Assembly: GCA_965214835.1 (NCBI GenBank)
Contig: CBDCCK010000002.1
Location: 1,920,001 to 1,984,000, forward strand
Reading direction: 5' to 3'
From: Nitrosopumilaceae archaeon
GTDB taxonomy: Archaea; Thermoproteota; Nitrososphaeria; Nitrososphaerales; Nitrosopumilaceae
Length of the DNA: 64,000 bases
Below are positions 62,790 through 64,000 of this stretch, in pieces. A program made the position numbers and the translations under genes. Within the stretch, counting starts at the first letter, position 1. The number at the start of each line of letters is the position of its first letter. The notes under the pieces are model-generated. The model did no database searches, was not told the DNA's origin, and saw only the letters and a program-made list of their open reading frames with translations.

Positions 62790-62849
62790 GGCATCGGGAT
62801 CATATCCTAAATCTCTTTTGCACTTGGTTGCTATATCTATTAGACTTTA

Positions 62850-62967
62850 GTAACAGGTTAGCCCCTGCCTAGAGTTGGAGTTGCGTCCCTTGCCGGTCAG
62901 GCATGAAAATCACAACTGCAGGCAGATTCGCGCCTGATTGCTGCCTAGGCGGGGGCTAACCTGTTAC
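62850..62967. mobile_element. 118-bp MITE (GTAA...TTAC, IS66-type ends)
   Basis: TIR gtaacaggttagcccc, 8-bp TSD agacttta; inserted in a tagactttatgcgtaatc IS end. Confidence 0.9.
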
Positions 62968-63171
62968 AGACTTTATGCGTAATCGACCGTGATTAAAAAT
63001 TCCGTAGGCTTTTCCAAACGCAAATGCGCTGATCGGATCAAATTACCGCATGCATCTCGTGTCATGACGCACGTAAAAGCCAGTTGCGCCAAAAGAACGT
63101 GCGCAACCATACAGCACGGCAATGTGCCCCGCTGACAAGTCAGAAAGAATGGCGGTCCGTACCGCCGTATG

Positions 63172-64000
63172 TCATGTGTCTGGCAGCAGATGCAGCTGCT
63201 GCAGCAGCTGGCCGTAGTGTTTTTTCCTTTTCAACATCGTCTTGAGGTTCTCAAGACCCGTGATTATCTGCATGAAATAATTGAGATCCTTGGCAGTTCC
63301 GCCAAACGGCATGGTAAGAATGCCATATCTTTTGAGCCGCCCTATGTGGTGCTCCACCCTGACGCGAACCCTGCTTATCTGCTTGCGGCGCCTCTTTTGC
63401 GTTGCAGTAAGATCCCCGTCCCTGGGCTTCTTTGGGGGCTGCCTGTGTATGGCGCCCGGAAGCATCTTTTGAATGCCCTCAAATCCCAGGTCGCTGTAAA
63501 TCACAAACGCCTCTTCCGGATCATCTGCGTTTTTTGCATTCCTCATTGATCCGGTGTGCCTTCCAAAGTCCGGGCCGCCCCCTGCGTTCATCACGCCCTT
63601 GTCGTTGACGCTTCCGTCCACAGTCTTGCCGCAGTGCAGTATGAGGCCGTCCAGGTTCGAGGTAATTATCGTGTTGAACATGTGCCGCTTTTTTCTTCCC
63701 GAATATCTGGTCTTTCTTGCGGTCCTGTCCCCGGGCCTGTCTACCGGAGTCAGGGTGCCGTCAATCAGGAGCGTCTTTTTTGGGATCAGCACCTCCTCCA
63801 GCTTGCCTGCCGGGGTCTTGCAGATGATGCTTGCTAGCTTTTCGGAGGCAGGCAGGAGCTGGCGCAGTAACACGGCACCGTACCGGAGGTACCTGGACAT
63901 TGTGGACTGGTCGACGTCAAACGTTGCGGCCAGATGATGCTGCGTTGCCTTGGTTCTTATGCTCATGAGTACTGCAAGCAGCGCGTGCCTGATGTACAGC
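63172..64000 (-). CDS. IS5-family (DDE_Tnp_4 type) transposase, start probably outside window
   Basis: LIDGT, YSGRKKRH, SDLGFEG, RVRVEHHIGRLKRY. Confidence 0.85.
   Translation of the reverse strand, partial: LYIRHALLAVLMSIRTKATQHHLAATFDVDQSTMSRYLRYGAVLLRQLLPASEKLASIICKTPAGKLEEVLIPKKTLLIDGTLTPVDRPGDRTARKTRYSGRKKRHMFNTIITSNLDGLILHCGKTVDGSVNDKGVMNAGGGPDFGRHTGSMRNAKNADDPEEAFVIYSDLGFEGIQKMLPGAIHRQPPKKPRDGDLTATQKRRRKQISRVRVRVEHHIGRLKRYGILTMPFGGTAKDLNYFMQIITGLENLKTMLKRKKHYGQLLQQLHLLPDT

Noticed and set aside
1-64000. rRNA or tRNA genes
   Set aside because: None recognised by eye; tRNAscan-SE was not run.

Overview
An IS- and MITE-saturated surface-glycan island, most likely archaeal (inferred Nitrososphaerota/Nitrosopumilaceae-like from the GT39 family, leaderless TATA promoters and GGAGGTGA SD sites; not verified). 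It holds two Wzm/Wzt ABC exporter pairs, multidomain glycosyltransferases with perfect heptad-phased coiled-coil DNA repeats, three sulfotransferase domains, two methyltransferases, a GDP-heptose-type pathway (hddA, gmhA, 4,6-dehydratase, gmhB), wecB, GT39-LamG membrane transferases and an IS-interrupted S8 protease/adhesin. An HD phosphohydrolase-YwgA pair lies at the right end. Bases 1-9013 recur at 45552-54665 with real differences. The best-supported surprise is an IS110 (20966-22412) whose upstream non-coding region folds into a two-loop bridge RNA. Its four guide segments match the element's own junctions and indicate it targets the terminal inverted repeat of an IS5-family element. Other leads: a repeat-tunable coiled-coil glycan ruler fused to a sulfotransferase, homopolymer tracts in glycan-modifying genes, 130-bp MITEs found only inside another 143-bp repeat, a separately encoded membrane-anchored protease pro-domain, and a circularly permuted LamG domain. 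All calls are by eye; no database searches were run.
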